A DNA stretch of 48,329 bases from Candidatus Omnitrophota bacterium (GTDB lineage Bacteria; Omnitrophota; Gorgyraeia; Aquiviventales; Aquiviventaceae). The position numbers and the translations under genes were made by a program. This document shows positions 9,087 through 15,694 of the stretch, one piece after another. The notes beneath the pieces are model-generated. The model searched no databases, had not been told where the DNA came from, and saw only the letters and a list, made by a program, of their open reading frames with translations. The DNA is taken from assembly GCA_016206685.1 (NCBI GenBank), contig JACQRB010000056.1:1-48329 (forward strand), given 5' to 3'. Numbering within the stretch: position 1 is the stretch's first letter; each line of letters begins with the position of its first letter.

Positions 9087-9782
9087 ATGGCCCTGCGTAA
9101 AACCCGCTTCATGTTCGTCTATCCCCTGGCGCTCGGGTTATTCCTGAGTATGCATCAGGATGCCCGTGCCATCCACCTCGGCATCTGGTTTGTCCTGGCT
9201 GGAGAGGCGTTGCGGCTCTGGGCCGCCGGCTACGTCGGGCATCGAAAAGTGAATCGCACCGGAGACCAGCCGGGCGCTCCGAAGATCGGCACCCTGATCA
9301 CCGCGGGCCCCTACGCCTATGTGCGCCATCCCCTGTACGTGGGGACGTTCCTGATCGGCCTGGGGTTTTGTCTCATCGCCAGGAATCCGTGGTTCGTCCT
9401 GGGAGCGTTGGTATTTTTCCTGGCCATCTATCCCAAGAAGGCTGCCGAGGAAGAGAGCGTGATCAGGGGGGAATGGGGGGAGCAGTTCGACGCGTACCGG
9501 CAGCGCGTGCGCGCCTGGTTCCCGCGGCTTCGTCCCCATCCCGATCGGGTCGGGCGATGGAGCTGGCAGGGGATCTACGCCAGCCAGGAGGCGAAGACGG
9601 TGGTGTGGCTCATCGTCGTGCTCACGGCCCTCTACCTGCGTGGAGAATGGTTTTTCGAGCACGAACCCTTAAATTGGAAGCACGCCCTGTTCCTGAGCGG
9701 GGCGGTGGGGCTGATCGGGTTTGATCTGGGCACGGAATGGATGCGCCTCGGCAGGCGCGCGGCCACGGGAGGGTCGGTCTAG
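9087..9782 (+). CDS. Isoprenylcysteine carboxylmethyltransferase (ICMT/PEMT, LmtA-like) family membrane methyltransferase
   Basis: GEALRLWAAGY, LITAGPYAYVRHPLYVG, EE..I...G..F..YR..V motifs. Confidence 0.85.
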   Translation: MALRKTRFMFVYPLALGLFLSMHQDARAIHLGIWFVLAGEALRLWAAGYVGHRKVNRTGDQPGAPKIGTLITAGPYAYVRHPLYVGTFLIGLGFCLIARNPWFVLGALVFFLAIYPKKAAEEESVIRGEWGEQFDAYRQRVRAWFPRLRPHPDRVGRWSWQGIYASQEAKTVVWLIVVLTALYLRGEWFFEHEPLNWKHALFLSGAVGLIGFDLGTEWMRLGRRAATGGSV

Positions 9783-9798
9783 CAGGGGGTGAGGTTGC

Positions 9799-10773
9799 CT
9801 ATCCGTACACCGCACTCCTCACCGGGTTGGGAATCGGCAGGCGCAGCCTCGACGGCCAGGGGCTGACGGCCGGCAATTGCGCCGGATTGCCTCTGGGCAG
9901 CCGAATCTCCGTCGCCAAACCCAACATGGCGAGCAGCCGGATCAGAAAGTAGGTCAGGTCCAGTTCCCACCAGCGCAGCCCATGCGCCGCGGAGCTGGGG
10001 TAGGCGTGGTGGTTGTTGTGCCAGCCCTCGCCATAGCTGATCAGCGCGACCCACCAGTTGTTGCGCGAGCCCTCGTTGGTTTGATACGACTGGTAGCCCC
10101 AGATGTGGGCGGCGGAGTTCACCAGCCACGTGCCGTGGTAGACGAAGGCCGTCCGCACGAAAATCCCCCAGACCACGAACGGCCACCCGCCCCAGGCGTA
10201 CAGGAGGAATCCCAGGAGAAACGTCTGGAGGGCGTGGGTCTTGGTGAGGAACTGGTGGACGGGGTCTTTGGCCAACTCGGGGACGAAGCGCAAATGCTTG
10301 GTCGGATGATCCAGGACCTCATCGTAGGCGAACAGCCAAAACACATGCGCCCACCAGAATCCGCGCTTGGGGCTGTGCGGGTCTTGGGGCCGGTCGGAGA
10401 ACGCATGGTGGACCCGGTGGGTCGCGACCCACTTGATGGGTCCCCCCTGCAGGGCGAGTGAGCCGCACAGGGTGACGACATACTCCAGCCACTTGGGCAC
10501 CTTGAAGCTGCGGTGCGTGAGGAGACGGTGGAAGCCCAGGGTGATCCCTAAGGCGGTGATGGCCTGAAGCGCGAGACAGACCCGGAACGCGGGCCAGGTG
10601 AACGTGGACGGGGCGAACACGAGCCCGGCGTGGATCGCCGCGATCCCCAGGAAGATGTCCCACTTCTTGAACTTCGGGAACCTCGGGGTGATCGTGTTGA
10701 GATCGGGCATCGACACGTCACCCGTGGTGAAACCGGCTTCTTGCACCCCGGCTTCTTGCACCGCGGTCGTCAT
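9799..10773 (-). CDS. Membrane fatty acid desaturase (delta-9, DesC/OLE1-like)
   Basis: Three His boxes HRLLTH, HRVHH, HNNHH; DPHSP; GGAGG RBS before ATG 10773. Confidence 0.95.
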   Translation of the reverse strand: MTTAVQEAGVQEAGFTTGDVSMPDLNTITPRFPKFKKWDIFLGIAAIHAGLVFAPSTFTWPAFRVCLALQAITALGITLGFHRLLTHRSFKVPKWLEYVVTLCGSLALQGGPIKWVATHRVHHAFSDRPQDPHSPKRGFWWAHVFWLFAYDEVLDHPTKHLRFVPELAKDPVHQFLTKTHALQTFLLGFLLYAWGGWPFVVWGIFVRTAFVYHGTWLVNSAAHIWGYQSYQTNEGSRNNWWVALISYGEGWHNNHHAYPSSAAHGLRWWELDLTYFLIRLLAMLGLATEIRLPRGNPAQLPAVSPWPSRLRLPIPNPVRSAVYG

Positions 10774-10835
10774 GTGACCTCCTTGTGCCTGCTGTGCATC
10801 CTCATGCCTCACGGCGGGCCGCTTAAAAACCCCTT

Positions 10836-10864
10836 AGCTTACGTCGTTTCCTGGAGCTTGTCAA
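10836..10864 (-). promoter_or_regulatory. Putative sigma70 promoter of desaturase (TTGACA-17-TAAGCT)
   Basis: Perfect -35, 17-bp spacer. Confidence 0.65.
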
Positions 10865-10884
10865 AGGAAAAACACCGTCGACCA

Positions 10885-11730
10885 TTAATAACGCTCGATC
10901 TGCCGCAGCAGGCAGTAGACGAGGCGGTGCTCAAGAAGCAAGGTCACCAAGCCTCGCCGGAGGGCGGCGCCGGTCTGCTCGACAGGCAGACTCGCCGCTT
11001 GGGCGGCGGCCTCCAGCTTCAGGAAATGCAGGAAGTAGGCGTCAAGGATCCGCCGCTCCTGTGGGGGGAGCGCGTGGAGAGTCCGGTGGACCAGCTCATG
11101 GTGATAGGCGTTGAGGAACTGATAAGGCGTGCAGCGCAGATAGCTGTAGGCGGTCAGCGTGCGTTGGCAGGGGTCCGGGGGATTCTCAAGCTCGCGATAG
11201 GCGCTCAGGACGGCGTTCCAGAAGTGCACGCGCACGTACCCGGTGAGGGACTGCTCGATGGACGTCCGGGCGCACGCCAGGACGCACTGCCGGAACACCC
11301 GGTGGAGGAGCCGCGAGTAATCCACGTCCGTCACCACGCGGTAATCGCCGCGATAACAGACCTTGTCGCCGGGGTGGCGCGGCAGAAAACGGCAGCCTTC
11401 TGTTGAGAGCAGGAAATCCCAACAGGCCATCCCCCAAGTAAAGAGCGGTTGGAACTCGTTGATGAGCGCCTGGTAGTCGGGCCCCAGCGCCGCGCGCTCG
11501 GCAGCGCGCGGCACTTCCTCGCCAGCGAGGACGGTGCCGGCTCGGTCGCCGGCGCGCTGATACAGGCGCGCGACCAGCCACTCGACGTGCGGGAGCTTGC
11601 CGCGCTGGAGGGTGGTGAGCGTCGGTTGGATAAAGACTTGGGGAAGGGCGATCTCCAGCGCAGGCTCGTCTTGCACCTGCACGAGCTCGTCAGCGTCGAG
11701 GTCGGAGTCTAAGACGACCAGGCCACTCAT
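10885..11730 (-). CDS. Divergent sigma70-family-like protein
   Basis: C-terminal region-4-like segment LHALPPQERRILDAYF...LEAAAQAASLPVEQTGAALRRGL; region-2-like YQALINEFQPL...SLTGYVRVHFWNAV; family call by eye only. Confidence 0.55.
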   Translation of the reverse strand: MSGLVVLDSDLDADELVQVQDEPALEIALPQVFIQPTLTTLQRGKLPHVEWLVARLYQRAGDRAGTVLAGEEVPRAAERAALGPDYQALINEFQPLFTWGMACWDFLLSTEGCRFLPRHPGDKVCYRGDYRVVTDVDYSRLLHRVFRQCVLACARTSIEQSLTGYVRVHFWNAVLSAYRELENPPDPCQRTLTAYSYLRCTPYQFLNAYHHELVHRTLHALPPQERRILDAYFLHFLKLEAAAQAASLPVEQTGAALRRGLVTLLLEHRLVYCLLRQIERY

Positions 11731-11739
11731 AACCGAAAT

Positions 11740-11769
11740 AGTCTAGCATACGGGATGAGCGGGCGGCAA
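11740..11769 (-). promoter_or_regulatory. Putative promoter of sigma-like gene (TTGCCG-18-TAGACT, extended -10)
   Basis: Minus-strand hexamers, TG extension, 9 nt before ATG. Confidence 0.45.
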
Positions 11770-11788
11770 GGAGAAACGCGGATGAGCC

Positions 11789-11796
11789 AATAAAAA
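11789..11796. repeat. Target-site duplication, left copy (AATAAAAA)
   Basis: Identical 8-mer at 15361-15368 directly abutting the other terminal inverted repeat. Confidence 0.85.
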
Positions 11797-11849
11797 GGGA
11801 ATTGTATACATGAGTCAGCAAAGGGGGTAAAATGTGCTGCTTGACCCCT

Positions 11850-12497
11850 ATGCTGACGCCTGACTACGAGAAAATCGTCCAGGGCGGCAAGTACCTCGCC
11901 TCAAATCCTCCTTCCAGTAGGATTCCGCACCTTTTAGCCGTAAAGCTCATGTTCCTTGCTGATCGTTACCATTTGCGGAAATATGGGCGGCTCATAACGC
12001 GGGACAGTTATTGGGCTCTTAGATGGGGGCCTGTTGGTTCAGACACTATGAATTTGTTCAAACAGGATAAAGATTGGATTAGTGATGAAAAGCAACTTGC
12101 TTATTCGGTTAAGCATTTACACTTTGAATCGCAACGTCTTGAGCCTAAAGGGAAAGTTGACCTCAATGTTTTTTCCGATACGGATTTAGAAGCCCTCGAT
12201 TTCGCCTATAAAAATTTTGGTCATTCTCCATTTCCCATAGGAGCAAACAAGTGGCAATTTGAACTAGCAGAAAAAGTCACCCATCTATTTCCTGAATGGT
12301 ACACGCATAGAAAAATTGCAGAAAAATCACGCGACCACATAGAAATTCGGGAATTTTTTGGGGACCCTGACCCAAGCGATTCGGGTGTAGATCAACAAGA
12401 TTGGGCTAAATACCACCAATACGTTGAAATTTTTCGAGAACATACGAATCCCCATGCGGAAGCCATTTTTGATGAGGAAAATGCACGGAAGGAGTAA
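11850..12497 (+). CDS. Panacea (DUF4065/SocA/GepA-like) antitoxin domain protein
   Basis: KLMFLADRYHLRKYGRLITRDSYWALRWGPV and later FSDTDLEALDFAYKNFG...THLFPEW; start 11850 or 11832. Confidence 0.85.
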   Translation: MLTPDYEKIVQGGKYLASNPPSSRIPHLLAVKLMFLADRYHLRKYGRLITRDSYWALRWGPVGSDTMNLFKQDKDWISDEKQLAYSVKHLHFESQRLEPKGKVDLNVFSDTDLEALDFAYKNFGHSPFPIGANKWQFELAEKVTHLFPEWYTHRKIAEKSRDHIEIREFFGDPDPSDSGVDQQDWAKYHQYVEIFREHTNPHAEAIFDEENARKE

Positions 12498-12965
12498 ATG
12501 TCGGACCGTCCCCTTGTTGAAAGGGTTCGAGCTTGCCTTCAGCCAGGTGCCATCCTTCGGTTTCCTTTCCGTGGATCAGGTCAACCGCACTACCATGTTT
12601 TGCTCCTCCTGCCTACAGACGAAGAACGTCTAATTTTTGTAGTTGCCTCCAGCAAAGTCGAAGAGAGAAAGAAAGCGCGTGATCTTCCGAACATTCCTAC
12701 CCATACCCTCGTTGAAATCAATATCAGGGATTTTGAATGGGTAACGAAGCCCACTATTTTCGACTGCAACAGTCCAGAACTAATCCATGAAGTTCAACTC
12801 CTCGAATGTATCCGTCCTTTTGATGAGCAAGGAAAAAAATGGGAATACGGAACCGTTGGAAATGGACTTCTCGAAAAGCTACTTAATGGAGTCCAAGACA
12901 GTCCAGTGGCAGATAAGAGGATAAGAGCTATGGTTAGGATGAGGCCGTTACTTAAAAGGGATTAA
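12498..12965 (+). CDS. Putative toxin partner of Panacea antitoxin, PemK/MazF-like fold
   Basis: TAA-ATG abutment with AAGGAG RBS; pattern PG.I....PH..V.L.....IFVVASS...KPTIFDCN...G.V...LLEKL recalls PemK-like RNases. Confidence 0.55.
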   Translation: MSDRPLVERVRACLQPGAILRFPFRGSGQPHYHVLLLLPTDEERLIFVVASSKVEERKKARDLPNIPTHTLVEINIRDFEWVTKPTIFDCNSPELIHEVQLLECIRPFDEQGKKWEYGTVGNGLLEKLLNGVQDSPVADKRIRAMVRMRPLLKRD

Positions 12966-13087
12966 CTTAGCATATGTGCGAGACGTGCTACTGAGGAGCG
13001 TTGGAGGAAATAATGCCATTAAAGGAATTGGAGGTGGTGGGTCAATTTGAATAACTGCTATTGCCGATTCTTGATATAATAGCCCTC

Positions 13088-13345
13088 ATGCGACTTAAAC
13101 TATTACTCGTTACTGGAATAGCCTTCATGGTAGTTGGATGCGCCACGCCATTTCTGGGGATGAGCCGTCAGGACTTTCTGACCACGACGGGGATTGTGGT
13201 GTGGGTAGATCGAATCACGCCCCAAGACATCGTGTACTATGACCAAAGCGGATTGTTTTACTACTTTGTGAATGATCGGTTAGTGAAAATAGACCGAGGC
13301 GTGCCACAGCAATTCCGCATCCAACAAGAGATTTTAAACCGATAG
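13088..13345 (+). CDS. Small lipoprotein (SmpA/OmlA-like motifs)
   Basis: Signal peptide with lipobox VVGC; LGMSRQDF and YYFVNDRLVKI; TGaTATAAT at 13072-13080. Confidence 0.7.
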   Translation: MRLKLLLVTGIAFMVVGCATPFLGMSRQDFLTTTGIVVWVDRITPQDIVYYDQSGLFYYFVNDRLVKIDRGVPQQFRIQQEILNR

Positions 13346-13387
13346 TTATTTGCTTGATTTTTCAGTGAATTGTGGCATACTAACCGT

Positions 13388-13627
13388 ATGCCAAAGCGCT
13401 CAAGCAAGAAGCCTCCCGCCGATCCCAACCAAGCCGCCACGTGGATTGTAGTGGCTGCGACGGGGCAGAACCCGCCTAAGCCAAAAGGTAAGAATCCCGC
13501 TGCCGTAGTACTGGGACGGCTTGGAGGGTTGAAGGGTGGAAAGGCGAGGGCAAAGCGACTCAGCCCCTCCAAGCGCCGCGCTATAGCTAGAAAGGCAGCG
13601 CGAATCAGATGGGAAAAGAAGTCTTGA
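13388..13627 (+). CDS. Small highly basic protein (KNPAAVxLGRLGGLKGGKARA family)
   Basis: MPKRSSKK...DPNQAA...GKNPAAVVLGRLGGLKGGKARAKRLSPSKRRAIARKAARIRW; TGgCATACT 6 nt upstream. Confidence 0.8.
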   Translation: MPKRSSKKPPADPNQAATWIVVAATGQNPPKPKGKNPAAVVLGRLGGLKGGKARAKRLSPSKRRAIARKAARIRWEKKS

Positions 13628-13661
13628 CAGACTGAGCCACTTATGGCACACTTGGTGTGCC
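13624..13661 (+). promoter_or_regulatory. Promoter (TTGACA-17-CACACT) with overlapping palindromic operator GGCACAC-TTG-GTGTGCC
   Basis: Perfect 7-bp IR at 13645-13661 covers the -10; typical of TA autoregulation. Confidence 0.7.
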
Positions 13662-13696
13662 TCTAGTGGGGCAGATACCTGGGAGGCGAGACTTAG

Positions 13697-13951
13697 ATGG
13701 CTACGACACTTCCACGGTTGAATGTTACGTTTGAGCGCCCTACCTACGAGGCGTTGCAGCACATTGCCGATGCCCAGAAACTCAGTCTCTCTGGATTGGT
13801 AGCTCGGCTCGTTGAGAGCGCTCTTGATCTTGCTGAGGACTTGTCGCTTAGTCAGATCGCTGAGGAGAGGCTTGAAGGCTTCCGTCGTGACGATGCTCTT
13901 TCTTCCAAGGAACTGCTTAGATGGAAAGCAGCGCGTGGCAAGAAAAAGTAA
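13697..13951 (+). CDS. Ribbon-helix-helix (CopG-like) antitoxin
   Basis: RLNVTFE beta strand then two helices; acidic C-terminus; GGGAGG RBS; upstream of RelE-like gene. Confidence 0.8.
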   Translation: MATTLPRLNVTFERPTYEALQHIADAQKLSLSGLVARLVESALDLAEDLSLSQIAEERLEGFRRDDALSSKELLRWKAARGKKK

Positions 13952-14280
13952 CAGAAGTATACACAGTTCTCTGGCATCATGAGATCAGACAGGATTTCGA
14001 AGAACTTTCAGAAAGTCTTTCAGAAAAGATTGTCAACGCCGTTCAACATCGCCTCTCATTAGCTCCCACCCTTGGAGAACCGTTAAAGGGAACACGCAGA
14101 CTAGTGTGGCGGCTTCGGTTTTCCGATTATCGAATTTTGTACACAGTGAACAGGAGATCGCGTGAAGTGTGGATTTTGTCGGTCAAACATCGAAGTGTGG
14201 TGTACCAGAATAACCATGTGCAAGAGTTAGTAAAGTGGGCGGTAGCACTTCAAGCGACTCATGAACAATCTGGAGAGTAG
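13921..14280 (+). CDS. RelE/ParE family toxin
   Basis: YTVLWH..., GEPLKG, WRLRFSDYRILY, ILSVKHRSVVY. Confidence 0.88.
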   Translation: MESSAWQEKVTEVYTVLWHHEIRQDFEELSESLSEKIVNAVQHRLSLAPTLGEPLKGTRRLVWRLRFSDYRILYTVNRRSREVWILSVKHRSVVYQNNHVQELVKWAVALQATHEQSGE

Positions 14281-14292
14281 CCTATTTTTTTG

Positions 14293-14322
14293 TTGACTTA
14301 TGCTTGAGCGCTTAAGTATAAT
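14293..14322 (+). promoter_or_regulatory. Transposase promoter (TTGACT-18-TATAAT) with palindrome in spacer
   Basis: -10 is 6 nt from ATG; spacer holds TGCTTGAGCGCTTAAGTA (14301-14318). Confidence 0.75.
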
Positions 14323-14328
14323 AGTCTC

Positions 14329-15219
14329 ATGAATCTAATGAGTGAAGATCAGACACGAGCTTACCTTGAAGAACTCCGCTGGCCGAACGGCGCACAATGC
14401 CCGTTTTGCACGCTTCACCAGGTTACAAAGCTCAACGGCAAACGGCCTGGCTTTTATCAATGCAATCGCTGCCGCAAGCAGTTTACTGTGCGAACAGGCT
14501 CGATCTTTGAGCGGTCGCACGTCCCGCTCTCCAAGTGGCTCCAGGCCGTCCACCTGCTATGCGCCAGTAAGAAGGGCATGAGCGCCTTGCAGGTGTCGCG
14601 GATGCTTGAGGTCAGCTACAAGACAGCCTGGTTTCTGTGCCACCGGATTCGAGAGGCGATGCGCTCACCTGGGGGCTTGCTGACGGGTACAGTCGAGGTT
14701 GATGAAACCTACGTTGGTGGGAAGGAAAAGAACGCGCAGCGAGGACGCAGCACCCGCAAGAAAACGCCGCTCGTCGCCGTCATTCAGCGCAACGGCAAGG
14801 TACGGACTCAGGTCGTGCGTTCGGTGTCTGCCGCCAACCTGATGCGTGTCCTCAAAGAGAATGTTGACGTGGAATCAACCCTGATGACAGATGATTTCAT
14901 GTCGTACCGCCACGTCGATGAAGTGTTCTATCAACATGAAGCGGTGGTTCACAGCAAGAAGGAATACGCGCGGGGCAATGTCCATGTGAACAACTGCGAG
15001 TCCTTCTTTGCCTTGCTCAAGCGTGGCCTCATGGGGAGCTTCCACCATGTCTCGCGTAAGCACCTGGGGCGTTACTCCAATGAGTTTGCGTTTCGGTGGG
15101 ATACACGCAAGATCACAGACGCCGAACGGGTAGAGGCGGCTTTACGGCTTGCAGAGGGGAAGAGACTGATGTATTGTGATCTCACCAATGGGGAAACGGC
15201 CAAAGCGCAAGCCAACTAA
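14329..15219 (+). CDS. IS1595-family (ISXO2-like) DDE transposase
   Basis: RWPNG-CPFC...CNRC zinc ribbon, KKGMSALQ...SYKTAW HTH, VEVDETYVGG, LMTDD, NNCESFFALLKRG, HHVSRKHLGRYSNEFAFR; no stops or frameshifts. Confidence 0.97.
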   Translation: MNLMSEDQTRAYLEELRWPNGAQCPFCTLHQVTKLNGKRPGFYQCNRCRKQFTVRTGSIFERSHVPLSKWLQAVHLLCASKKGMSALQVSRMLEVSYKTAWFLCHRIREAMRSPGGLLTGTVEVDETYVGGKEKNAQRGRSTRKKTPLVAVIQRNGKVRTQVVRSVSAANLMRVLKENVDVESTLMTDDFMSYRHVDEVFYQHEAVVHSKKEYARGNVHVNNCESFFALLKRGLMGSFHHVSRKHLGRYSNEFAFRWDTRKITDAERVEAALRLAEGKRLMYCDLTNGETAKAQAN

Positions 15220-15319
15220 GAAGGCTGAACGGTTCTCGCTGTACCCGCTCTCGCCTGAACAAGTCCTCAAGAAGTTGCTCTCCTTGCCTCCTGCCAAGCG
15301 TAAGAAATCCTCCAAGTAG
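15188..15319 (+). CDS. Possible 43-aa basic protein overlapping the transposase 3' end
   Basis: Manual translation MGKRPKRKPTKKAERFSLYPLSPEQVLKKLLSLPPAKRKKSSK; ends just before the right TIR. Confidence 0.5.
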   Translation: MGKRPKRKPTKKAERFSLYPLSPEQVLKKLLSLPPAKRKKSSK

Positions 15320-15360
15320 TCAGTCCGCGAAGTTATTGCTGACTTATAGTGATAATTCCG

Positions 15361-15368
15361 AATAAAAA
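15361..15368. repeat. Target-site duplication, right copy (AATAAAAA)
   Basis: Matches 11789-11796. Confidence 0.85.
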
Positions 15369-15375
15369 ATATCAT

Positions 15376-15404
15376 TTGACAATAACTGCTACATTTGCCA
15401 TACT
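15376..15404 (+). promoter_or_regulatory. Promoter of MerR-ExeA-secretin operon (TTGACA-17-CATACT, extended -10)
   Basis: Perfect -35, TG extension, AT-rich upstream tract. Confidence 0.7.
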
Positions 15405-15433
15405 AACAGGTTTTTTTCGAAGGTCCATCAAAA

Positions 15434-15694
15434 ATGAAGACGACGACCATCTTGCTCACCGCCGGCGACATCATCGAGCGCTACCGCCTGTCCTACCAGA
15501 CCCTCAACTACTACACCAACCTGGGGCTCTTGCGGGTGGCCAAACGCGACGGGCATCAGCGGCTCTACGACGGGCGCGATGTCCAACGCAACCTCCAGGC
15601 GGTTGCCCGGCTCAAGGACGAAGGCTATCCCTTGCGGCTGATCTCGCGGATGCTGACCCAAGGGCTCTCCGCGTTGAAGGTGAGCGTGGGATGA
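15434..15694 (+). CDS. MerR-type HTH-only regulator
   Basis: LSYQTLNYYTNLGLL...GHQRLY...LKDEGYPLRLI. Confidence 0.85.
   Translation: MKTTTILLTAGDIIERYRLSYQTLNYYTNLGLLRVAKRDGHQRLYDGRDVQRNLQAVARLKDEGYPLRLISRMLTQGLSALKVSVG

Larger units (their letters stand above)
11797..15360 (+). mobile_element. IS1595-family element with passenger genes (3564 bp)
   Basis: TIRs GGGAATTGTATACATGAGTCAGCAA (11797-11821) vs reverse complement of 15336-15360 CGGAATTATCACTATAAGTCAGCAA, 18/25 identical; exact 8-bp TSD; IS1595 transposase inside; visibly AT-richer than flanks. Confidence 0.92.

Noticed and set aside
10733-10762. Perfect 15-bp tandem duplication (VQEAG x2) in the desaturase N-terminus
   Set aside because: In-frame duplication in a likely disordered tail; no sign of function
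15349-15690. N-terminal extension of the ExeA ORF in the track
   Set aside because: It starts inside the TIR and overlaps the MerR gene; the ATGA-coupled ATG at 15691 fits the family N-terminus
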